Notes: generated by a model not told the origin, from the letters alone. Counted from the first letter of the stretch, positions 50,076 through 57,844 are shown. The stretch is DNA of 64,000 nucleotides from Flavobacteriales bacterium (GCA_022425195.1 JAKMFX010000040.1:136029-200028), one strand, 5' to 3'. Numbers and translations are program-made.

Positions 50076-50768
50076 TTAGGATCGAATAAAATCGTAAAAT
50101 TCGTTTCTCGTTTTGGTCGAATCAATAAATTCTCCGGTGAGTTTTGATGTCTTCATCGCCGTGCCGTGATGGCCAATACCTCTACATTGAACACAGTTGT
50201 GTGCCGCCTCAATCATAACAGCCACCCCTTTGTTCTCGGGAACAATTTTATGCAGTGCATCGTGAATGCGAACGGTTAAATTCTCCTGAATGGCTCCTCT
50301 TCTGGCATAATGCTCTACGATGCGGTTGAGCTTACTCAATCCAATGATTCTTTTATTGAGCTGAGGTATATACGCAATGTGAGCCTTCCCAATAATGGCT
50401 TGGTGGTGATGCGAACACATGGATATTACCGGGATGTTCCCTTCAAAGATGATCCCATCATAATCGTAATTGGGAAAGGTGGTAATGTTTGGAAACGCAT
50501 TGTAGCGTCCGGCCCACAAATCGTTTACATATGCCTTGGCAACGCGCTTTGGCGTTTCCTTGGAGTTGGGGTCGTTTTCCCAGTCGCAACCCAATGCGTC
50601 TAAAAACTCCCCAAACTTCGCTGCGGCTTTCTTAATCATAGCGGCCTTCTGGGTTTTGGTCAGAGGACCATTGACGTCTTGGCCGTCGGCGAATCCTAGG
50701 TTTCGTAGTTCAGGATTTAAATCGATAATGTGAGCGTTAGAGCCTTGGTCTTGGTTAGAATCATCCAT
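50076..50768 (-). CDS. folE: GTP cyclohydrolase I (FolE)
   Basis: The CSHHH-type motif (ISMCSHHHQAIIG) and CVQCRG are present. The start is taken at the ATG in ATGGATGA, which overlaps the queD stop. The ORF maximum extends to 50798. Confidence 0.92.
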   Translation of the reverse strand: MDDSNQDQGSNAHIIDLNPELRNLGFADGQDVNGPLTKTQKAAMIKKAAAKFGEFLDALGCDWENDPNSKETPKRVAKAYVNDLWAGRYNAFPNITTFPNYDYDGIIFEGNIPVISMCSHHHQAIIGKAHIAYIPQLNKRIIGLSKLNRIVEHYARRGAIQENLTVRIHDALHKIVPENKGVAVMIEAAHNCVQCRGIGHHGTAMKTSKLTGEFIDSTKTRNEFYDFIRS

Positions 50769-51177
50769 AATATTCAACAAAGTTGTTTTCGGTTTCACAT
50801 AGTTTTACGCAGTGTAAAGTATTGCCCGTAGCGGTAACTCCCGGAGCAAGTTCTTCAAAGATTTGGACCGCAATATTTTCAGCTGTGGGCACCATACCCT
50901 GCATAAAATCGACCTCTATATTGAGGTTTTTATGATCCATTTTTTCGACAATTTTCTCTTTGATTAAATCACTCAAGATTTTCATGTCAATAACATAACC
51001 CGTATCTGGGTCAATGGTCCCTTTTACGGTTACAAATAAGATGTAATTGTGGCCATGCCAATTTTTGTTAGAACACTTTCCAAAAACTTTCTCATTCTTG
51101 GCATCATCCCAGGTCGGGTTAAACAATCGGTGAGCAGAATTAAATCGCTCTCGCCTTATGACGTGTACTTCTTTCAT
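50761..51177 (-). CDS. queD: 6-carboxy-5,6,7,8-tetrahydropterin synthase / 6-pyruvoyl-tetrahydropterin synthase family
   Basis: The pattern FNSAHRL...CSNKNWHGHNY is PTPS-like, and the gene is coupled to folE. Confidence 0.88.
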   Translation of the reverse strand: MKEVHVIRRERFNSAHRLFNPTWDDAKNEKVFGKCSNKNWHGHNYILFVTVKGTIDPDTGYVIDMKILSDLIKEKIVEKMDHKNLNIEVDFMQGMVPTAENIAVQIFEELAPGVTATGNTLHCVKLCETENNFVEYYG

Positions 51178-51218
51178 TTTGTATAACTTTTGTTATGCTA
51201 AGTTATGCATAATTTTAC

Positions 51219-51226
51219 TAACTTTG
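51219..51226 (+). promoter_or_regulatory. Candidate -7 box TAACTTTG for the DUF2805 gene
   Basis: It matches TAnnTTTG 22 nt upstream of the ATG at 51249. Confidence 0.35.
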
Positions 51227-51248
51227 CTTGTATAAGATAACAAAAAAT

Positions 51249-51518
51249 ATGGATGCACGCAGTCTAGATAGAATCATTGAAATGGCTTGGGAAGATCGAA
51301 CGCCCTTTGAAGCCATCAAAATACAATTTGACCTATCTGAGTCTGATGTTATCAAACTCATGCGCAAGGAGTTAAAGCTAAGTTCTTTCAAGCTATGGCG
51401 TAAAAGGGTTCACAGTGGAGTTAGTAAAAAACACGCACAAAAAAGAAGTGCATCAATTTCACGGTTTAAGTGTTCCAGGCAGCGAAACATCTCGAATAAT
51501 AAGATTTCGAAACGATAA
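51249..51518 (+). CDS. TIGR03643/DUF2805-family small protein
   Basis: The pattern DRIIEMAWEDRTPFEAIKIQFDLSESDVIKLMR fits the family. Confidence 0.8.
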   Translation: MDARSLDRIIEMAWEDRTPFEAIKIQFDLSESDVIKLMRKELKLSSFKLWRKRVHSGVSKKHAQKRSASISRFKCSRQRNISNNKISKR

Positions 51519-51530
51519 GTGCTTCTTCTC

Positions 51531-51570
51531 AAAACAACAAAAGCCCCGAATTCGGGGCTTTTGTTGTTTT
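51531..51570. terminator. 40-nt perfect palindrome acting as a bidirectional terminator
   Basis: The sequence aaaacaacaaaagccccgaa|ttcggggcttttgttgtttt lies between the convergent DUF2805 and protease genes. Confidence 0.8.
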
Positions 51571-51587
51571 GACTAAATGATTAATTA

Positions 51588-54500
51588 TTACTTATCATCA
51601 TGTGCCGGGCAAAGTTGGAAATTAGGGACATCTTCCTTCAATTTCATTTGGTAGCCTTGGGCATAATGAAGGTGACCCAATCCGTTATAACCGTATTCCG
51701 GCAAGTAAGGATTCCCCGCGCCGTCTTTAACGATCACGATAAGATCTGTGATGCTTGAGAATACTTGCTCCACGTCAACCGGATCTGGACAAGTATATCC
51801 GATCATGCTCCAACCCTCATTCATATCCATAGGTCGGTCGGTGAGCGATGAGTTGCAGCCTTGATCCAGTTGATTTTCAAGGTCTGTAATCGTTTGGTAA
51901 GCTTGAGTCAGCTGAGCATATAACATGGCCATGTCGGCATTAACGCCACTTGAGTCTTCATGAGAGAAATGACAAGAACCATCGTCTTCATCAGCATTCG
52001 GATTAAAGTTCACGGCATCAGAATTCATACATCCGTGATGATGGTCGTGATGGTCGTGGTGATCCGTAGTATCGTGATTGTCGTAATAACATGAACCGTC
52101 TTCTTGGGTAGCATGCGGATTAAAATTCATCGCATGATCGTCAGTACATCCATGATGGCTACAATGGTCGTCATGAGGAATAGAGTCGCTGAAGTCTGCA
52201 GAGTAAGCGTCATGGCAATCGTATTCATCAAACGCATCTTTTACCAAGACAATGTTGAAGTCTTCATACAAGGCATATAAAAACAGGGTGTCATAGGATT
52301 GATAAAAGTCATACCATTCCAAGGAATCATTATGGAAGTCCAGGACTAGGGTGTCATGGAAGAGCGAATAACTTCCGTGGTCGTAATAGGTTTCATCTTC
52401 TGTGTACTCAATCAGCGTGAAGGTTTGATCCCCAGTAAAGTGAACCGACATAGACAAGGAATCTATCTGTTCAAGGCCATTTTCTATCATGGAGACCAAA
52501 TTCCACGGCCCCTCAATAGGCGAATGGCAAGGTCCTTCATTTGGATCTTGTAAGGAATCGAAATGATGGGCCAAGTCATCATCGTGACATGGCTGGTGGT
52601 GATCTAAAGAGTCATGATCATCGTAATGGCATGACCCATCTTCTTCTCCCGCATGTGGGTTGTAGTTGATGGCATAATGATCAGTACATCCGTACACATG
52701 ACAGGCTTCCGAGTCAAAGTCCGAGAAATCTCCACCGTTCGTGTGATCGTTGTCCTCACAATCATGATGTCCTTCCTCATCTTTAACCAACACGATGGTC
52801 AGATTCTCATAAAGGCTCATCAACACCGTAGAGTCTGGATAAGAATGCACGGCATAAGCTTCACTTGGTTCTTCTGGGAAATACATCACTAAAGTATCGT
52901 TGTAGAACTCGTAGCTTCCTTGATCGCTTAAGGTGCCACTTGAAGAAACCTCTGCATAAATAAAGGATTGCATCGGTTCAAAATGTAAAAACATATCCAC
53001 ACCCTGTTCCATATCCACAACTCCGTTCTCCATCACAGAAACCACATTCCATAAACCCTGTATTGGTGAAGGGCAAAAGGAGTGATCCGCAGTTCTTGCG
53101 GTATCAAAGTGATTCACATAATCGTTGACACATGGATTTACAAAGTCCATTGAATCCGTGGGTTCGAAAATACAGGACCCGTCATCTTCATTAACGTAAG
53201 GGTCAAAATTTACTGCCATCCAGTTGAAACATCCTGCCGATGCACATCCATCACTAATGTTGGCATATGCGTTGTAATCCGGACGGTGAGGATTCAAGCA
53301 ACCTACAATCGTTTCTACCGATGTAAATACGTAGTTCATGTTTTCTTCTGCGCCATCTAGGGTCAGTGTGTCGCCTTGAACCGAGTAGAAGAAAGGTTCC
53401 ACGTCATCTTCTACCAGAAGGTAGATCGTATCCCCCACAAACATGAAGCTACCGAGATCGGTCTCGTGATTGCCTTCAGAAAAAGAAGTCATCGTCAGGC
53501 TGTTGTGTGCATTAAAGTGAAGGTAACTCACAAGACTATCGGCATCCTCTTCAGAAGAAAAGATCATGAGCCAAGAACCATGAACAGGTGTATGGCAAGC
53601 GGTATCTATAGCATGATGAAGTAAGGTATCCGAGTGGTTGTGCGCTAAGGTGTCTAGGAAGTGTGGCTCCTCTTTTTGACAAGAAAAAGGGTCTAGATTG
53701 TCTCCACAATCTCCTATAATTCCCAGATAAGGAGCGCCTCCACTTACATCACCCAAAGACCAAAAGACCTCTTCAGGGAACTCACCAGCACTTACTTCTA
53801 TCCTATGACATTCAGACAAGTCAAGGCAAATTTGAGCAGAGCCTATTGAATCTTTGCTTAGAGAAACTTTAGAATCTCCTACAGATAATTCAGCGCCATT
53901 CCAACCATCACCATATTCGTCGAGCATGTTAACAATCAATTCATCTCCATTGCAGTTCCCTTCGCAGTCGTATCCATAATCTGGACCGTCACCGCCGCAT
54001 TCCCCACATTCGTCGAGTTCCAAACAAGCGCCATCGTCATAAAGTGCCGCAGCATCATAATTACAAGCCGACACATCGGTACATCCGAAGTCTGAATAAG
54101 ACCATTCCTCATCTTCATCGTAAATTTCAGTGTAGTCATTTACCCAATCGTAAAAGTAGGACACACGCGCCCAAATACCAGGGTAATCAGCATCTGCACA
54201 TCCAATTCCCCAGCTGGTAGCTCCCGCCAATAACCATTCGGTATCGTCTGCATTTCGAACCACAAGTGGGCCCCCAGAATCTCCTTGGCAGGCATCTTTA
54301 CCCCCTTCTCCGACAAAACCGGCGCATATCATGGTCGCATCTACTTCATCACAAGAGTAGGCTCCGGAATTTCCCTGCGCATCTTGCGCAGCACCACAAG
54401 CCACATCATTGTCCACTATGGGTAATTCAACGGCTTGTAAAATACTCGAAGTGGGGCCATCTGAGGATATAGAGCCCCATCCCGATGTTATAGCAGTAAT

Positions 54501-54944
54501 CCCCGCGATTTCCAAATCGGTTTGATCGGGACTCATCAAGCCGATGGGTTGAACTTTATGTGTAAACTTAATGGTGTCATGCAGCTTAATCAATGCGATG
54601 TCAGAACCGCTAGAAACATCTTGGTAGTCGGGGTGAACGATAACTTCTGATGCCGCATAAGTCATTCCACCGGCTGCATAGGCATCTTCAGACCCCACCC
54701 TAACAAAGACCGTACTTTCATCTTCGCCCTCTAGGCAATGTGCGGCCGTTAAAATCCATTGATTCGATATCACAGAAGCTCCGCAATAACCGCCTCCAGA
54801 GGCATTCACCAAAGCAGCCTGCCAAGGATATTCGTGTAGATCGGCATCATAGCCGTTCACGATTCGCTCTTGGGCCTGAAGTCCAATAGCGGTAAAAATC
54901 CATAAACTAAATAAGGTGAGTGCTTTTTGTAGTTGCTTTTTCAT
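51588..54944 (-). CDS. Secreted 1118-aa mosaic protein: N-terminal trypsin-like (S1) serine protease followed by Cys-motif repeats, duplicated beta-rich modules, His-rich linkers and an unnamed C-terminal module
   Basis: After a signal peptide come IVNGYDA..., the catalytic triad contexts TAAHC, DIALIKL and GDSGGPLV, then the repeat architecture described in the findings. Confidence 0.85.
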   Translation of the reverse strand: MKKQLQKALTLFSLWIFTAIGLQAQERIVNGYDADLHEYPWQAALVNASGGGYCGASVISNQWILTAAHCLEGEDESTVFVRVGSEDAYAAGGMTYAASEVIVHPDYQDVSSGSDIALIKLHDTIKFTHKVQPIGLMSPDQTDLEIAGITAITSGWGSISSDGPTSSILQAVELPIVDNDVACGAAQDAQGNSGAYSCDEVDATMICAGFVGEGGKDACQGDSGGPLVVRNADDTEWLLAGATSWGIGCADADYPGIWARVSYFYDWVNDYTEIYDEDEEWSYSDFGCTDVSACNYDAAALYDDGACLELDECGECGGDGPDYGYDCEGNCNGDELIVNMLDEYGDGWNGAELSVGDSKVSLSKDSIGSAQICLDLSECHRIEVSAGEFPEEVFWSLGDVSGGAPYLGIIGDCGDNLDPFSCQKEEPHFLDTLAHNHSDTLLHHAIDTACHTPVHGSWLMIFSSEEDADSLVSYLHFNAHNSLTMTSFSEGNHETDLGSFMFVGDTIYLLVEDDVEPFFYSVQGDTLTLDGAEENMNYVFTSVETIVGCLNPHRPDYNAYANISDGCASAGCFNWMAVNFDPYVNEDDGSCIFEPTDSMDFVNPCVNDYVNHFDTARTADHSFCPSPIQGLWNVVSVMENGVVDMEQGVDMFLHFEPMQSFIYAEVSSSGTLSDQGSYEFYNDTLVMYFPEEPSEAYAVHSYPDSTVLMSLYENLTIVLVKDEEGHHDCEDNDHTNGGDFSDFDSEACHVYGCTDHYAINYNPHAGEEDGSCHYDDHDSLDHHQPCHDDDLAHHFDSLQDPNEGPCHSPIEGPWNLVSMIENGLEQIDSLSMSVHFTGDQTFTLIEYTEDETYYDHGSYSLFHDTLVLDFHNDSLEWYDFYQSYDTLFLYALYEDFNIVLVKDAFDEYDCHDAYSADFSDSIPHDDHCSHHGCTDDHAMNFNPHATQEDGSCYYDNHDTTDHHDHHDHHHGCMNSDAVNFNPNADEDDGSCHFSHEDSSGVNADMAMLYAQLTQAYQTITDLENQLDQGCNSSLTDRPMDMNEGWSMIGYTCPDPVDVEQVFSSITDLIVIVKDGAGNPYLPEYGYNGLGHLHYAQGYQMKLKEDVPNFQLCPAHDDK

Positions 54945-54964
54945 GATTTCGAGAGGCTAGGTTC

Positions 54965-55702
54965 TTATTTGATGAGATTGAGTTGTTTGGTGACACTACT
55001 CTTATGACCTTCTAATTTGTAGAAGTACACGCCAGCTGGAAGACTGCTTGCGTCCATAGCAATTGTGTGCTTGCCTTTTTTGAATTTGCTTGCGGCCAAT
55101 GTTTTTACCTTTTGACCCAATGCGTTGGAGAGGGTGAGGTTGATTTTTGCGTCTTTAGGGAGGTAGAAACTGATTTCCGTGTTTTCTACAACAGGATTGG
55201 GTACGTTTTGAAAGAGCTCGATGCTTTGCTCAATTTCTTTGTTTAAGGTCAAAGAACCCACCACAGAAACTCCGTCTTTGGTGAAGACTTCACTGCCCCG
55301 CTCCCAGCGTTTTACCTGAACTTGACTCAGGCGATCTTCCGACTGATCGTAATATTGGATGCTGAAGTTCTCTCCCTTCGACATCCCCTCTTTGGCGGTG
55401 GTGGTTTCATCGTCTCCCCAGATGGCCAAACCGGCATGTCCCTTTTGCTCAGGACGCCAGGCCACGGAGGCTACCATATTTTTCTGCGAGTCGTAGACCG
55501 CAATCTCATCCCCCAGCTCAGGAGATACCTCCCAGGCAGAACCCAAAATCAGTAAGGTATGGTTGAGGCCCGTATTCACAGGCTGTGCAAATCGCTCCGT
55601 ATCCATAGTTTTTCTTTGGTAAGGACTCAACTCTTGGTTTTGAGCTAATAGACCCGTGCTCAATACAATTGTGAACAACAACAGGGAGGGATTAAAATAC
55701 AT
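54965..55702 (-). CDS. Secreted protein with T9SS type-A C-terminal sorting domain (N-terminal domain unknown)
   Basis: It has a signal peptide and the C-terminus VPNPVVENTEISFYL...LPAGVYFYKLEG...KQLNLIK. It ends 20 nt upstream of the protease gene. Confidence 0.75.
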   Translation of the reverse strand: MYFNPSLLLFTIVLSTGLLAQNQELSPYQRKTMDTERFAQPVNTGLNHTLLILGSAWEVSPELGDEIAVYDSQKNMVASVAWRPEQKGHAGLAIWGDDETTTAKEGMSKGENFSIQYYDQSEDRLSQVQVKRWERGSEVFTKDGVSVVGSLTLNKEIEQSIELFQNVPNPVVENTEISFYLPKDAKINLTLSNALGQKVKTLAASKFKKGKHTIAMDASSLPAGVYFYKLEGHKSSVTKQLNLIK

Positions 55703-55745
55703 GTCGATCGAATTTTAATTATACATCTAAAATAACCATTTATTC

Positions 55746-55753
55746 CAAATCTA
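55746..55753 (-). promoter_or_regulatory. Candidate -7 box (TAGATTTG on the minus strand) for the 55702 gene and protease unit
   Basis: Plus-strand caaatcta is the reverse complement of TAnnTTTG, 44 nt upstream of the ATG. Confidence 0.3.
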
Positions 55754-55882
55754 CCCACAAATCACAACAGATACTGAGGCTAAAGATCTGAAACTAGCGG
55801 AACGAACTACGAAAAGCCTCTTTTTAGGAGACTTTTCGTGATCTTACAATCTTAAATCAGAGAATTATTTTTTTAACTGAAT

Positions 55883-56623
55883 TTAATCGACATTCAAAAT
55901 TTCGTTGATTTTTGCAGGCATCCCTTGGATGTAAGCATCGCATAGGCTGAAACCTTCAATCGTTTCGGTCAGCTTGATTTGATAACCTTGTCCGGGTAAA
56001 AAGTCGCCAATACCGTTGAAGCCAAACTCTGTTAAATAGGCTTTCCCATCGCTGTTTTTTACAATGATGATTTTATCGGTATGCGCTGAGAGCGCCTCCG
56101 CAACATCATCGGGCTCAGGGCATCCGTAGCCAAACATGTTCCATCCATTTGCTAGGGTAATGGCTGTGTTCCAAGGCTCAAAGAGTTCGAGAATTTCATC
56201 TGCTGCACTCGAAGTACTCGAGGGAGCGGCGTTAACAATTACTCTTCCAACCATACCATACTGGGCATGTGCACCCACCGAGCAATCGTAATCGTAGGTT
56301 CCTGCATCTGGGAAGGTAATAGAACCCATGGTCCCAGCGCCCTGAGTCGGGAGTGAAGCCTCTGCAATGGATGTAGGGTTTCCGAATGAAGCTCCAGTAA
56401 CCGTATTCACATCAAAGTTAACATCATGCGTTCCTCCCAAACTTACCCAAGTTACTATATCTCCAGCGGTAATGGTAAGTTCTGCTGGCTCATAAACGAG
56501 TCCTGATCCTACATTTACTGTGTGCGTGGTTTGGGCGAGTAGCGTGATGGGGGTTAACAGGACACTTAAACATAGTTTTCTCAGTAATCTAGGGGCTTTA
56601 AGGGACGTGCTTATCTTTCTCAT
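55883..56623 (-). CDS. Secreted cupredoxin (type-1 copper, plastocyanin/azurin-like) fused to the unnamed C-terminal module
   Basis: After a signal peptide come GGTHDVNF and YDYDCSVGAHAQYGM (ligand spacing C-x4-H-x4-M), a Ser-rich linker, and then the module shared with the protease. Confidence 0.8.
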   Translation of the reverse strand: MRKISTSLKAPRLLRKLCLSVLLTPITLLAQTTHTVNVGSGLVYEPAELTITAGDIVTWVSLGGTHDVNFDVNTVTGASFGNPTSIAEASLPTQGAGTMGSITFPDAGTYDYDCSVGAHAQYGMVGRVIVNAAPSSTSSAADEILELFEPWNTAITLANGWNMFGYGCPEPDDVAEALSAHTDKIIIVKNSDGKAYLTEFGFNGIGDFLPGQGYQIKLTETIEGFSLCDAYIQGMPAKINEILNVD

Positions 56624-56640
56624 AGTGAATGGGTTTTAAC

Positions 56641-56648
56641 CAAAGTTA
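56641..56648 (-). promoter_or_regulatory. Candidate -7 box (TAACTTTG on the minus strand) for the cupredoxin gene
   Basis: Plus-strand caaagtta is the reverse complement of TAnnTTTG, 18 nt upstream of the ATG. Confidence 0.35.
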
Positions 56649-56719
56649 CGAAAAATTAACGGCTCCAAATCCATTCTCAATTTTGCCAAGCGTAGTGTTA
56701 AAGCCTCTAATTTTTAGAA

Positions 56720-56763
56720 AATAAAAACGCTCTAAGCCATTAATCCGCCATTCGTCGAGCGTT
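56720..56763 (-). terminator. Weak hairpin terminator after the 56769 gene
   Basis: A 7-bp stem (aacgctc/gagcgtt) has a large loop, and the minus strand carries a T-run. Confidence 0.3.
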
Positions 56764-56768
56764 CTTTT

Positions 56769-57161
56769 TTATCCGGTTTGGTCCTTCAAACGCTCTATCA
56801 GCATTTGTGTGATTCGTTTGTTGAAATGGTTTTGTTGGGCGGCGTAAACTTCGTATTCGTCTACCGTAAGCAGTGAAATCACCGCACCGATGAATAAGGC
56901 TTTAAGCTTGGCATCTTTCTGAAATAAGCGTTCGATACGCTCCTCTTGCTCGGGCTTGGTAAGCGTCCCAAAACTGATTTTGTAGGATTCACAGACCTGC
57001 ATAAACATCTTCAGAAATAGGTCGTTCTGAAATTTAAGTATGGGACGTAACACCCGATTTTGGAAGTCTTCTTCGGGCCTTGATTTTTTCGCATCATCAA
57101 TAATGATGGAAGGACGACAGGCTAAGAGTTTTTCGGAACGGTTCATGGGTTTGCGTTTCAT
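56769..57161 (-). CDS. Hypothetical cytoplasmic protein (130 aa)
   Basis: The ORF is clean and helical-looking, with no signal peptide. I recognise no family. Confidence 0.6.
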   Translation of the reverse strand: MKRKPMNRSEKLLACRPSIIIDDAKKSRPEEDFQNRVLRPILKFQNDLFLKMFMQVCESYKISFGTLTKPEQEERIERLFQKDAKLKALFIGAVISLLTVDEYEVYAAQQNHFNKRITQMLIERLKDQTG

Positions 57162-57221
57162 TTGAATTTAATCTACAAAATTACACAAACAAAAGACTCA
57201 ATTTAGAGAACTACTCAGAAA

Positions 57222-57250
57222 TAAAAAAGCACTTACAAAATGAAAGTGCT
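57222..57250 (-). terminator. Intrinsic terminator after the yqhA-like gene
   Basis: The minus-strand sequence is AGCACTT-TCATTTTGT-AAGTGCT followed by TTTTTT. Confidence 0.6.
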
Positions 57251-57288
57251 CTTTATGATTGACAAATAGCCTTATGTCTGATGAAAAG

Positions 57289-57795
57289 CTATGAGCGATT
57301 GATTAAGAAGTAACCCACACAAATGGTGAGTATAGAACCCCCAAAAATCAGAAGATCTTCTGGGGTAGAAAAGTCTGCCGAGAGTTTGAGCATTTTTTCG
57401 AAGAACTTCACAATCAAGACGATGATGATCACCTTAATGATTTTATTCTTAAGTTGGTCTAAACTTTTTATTTTCAGGGTAGAATCTGAAAACTTTCCCT
57501 TGGCAAAGTCAATCTCACTGATGAAGAGCTCATAAACTCCAAATCCGAAAATCAACAATACAATACCGATTAAAAACAAGTCAATAGAGGAGATGATTCC
57601 AAACAGCAAGTCATTGTTGTTGGTGATGGAAGGATCAAAAAGTGGGTTTTTGAAAATGATGGCCTGGAGAATGTCCCAGCTACCAATGACAAACAAAGCA
57701 ATGGAAGAAAGTATAGACAAAATCACTGATAAAATCACTACATACCTCAAGCTCCAAAGGGCTTTTTCAAATTTGTTTTCAAAACTAGAATTCAT
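57289..57795 (-). CDS. YqhA (UPF0114) family membrane protein
   Basis: The N-terminus FEKALWSLRYVVILSVILS and four TM helices fit the family. Confidence 0.78.
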   Translation of the reverse strand: MNSSFENKFEKALWSLRYVVILSVILSILSSIALFVIGSWDILQAIIFKNPLFDPSITNNNDLLFGIISSIDLFLIGIVLLIFGFGVYELFISEIDFAKGKFSDSTLKIKSLDQLKNKIIKVIIIVLIVKFFEKMLKLSADFSTPEDLLIFGGSILTICVGYFLINRS

Positions 57796-57844
57796 ATTGC
57801 TGTTTTTAAACCGAATTAATTTTTTGCGGAAGGTACAAAAAAAG

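Noticed and set aside
50761-50798. A 38-nt overlap between the folE and queD ORFs.
   Set aside because: It is resolved by using the internal ATG in ATGGATGA, which gives an 8-nt start/stop overlap. This is ordinary translational coupling.
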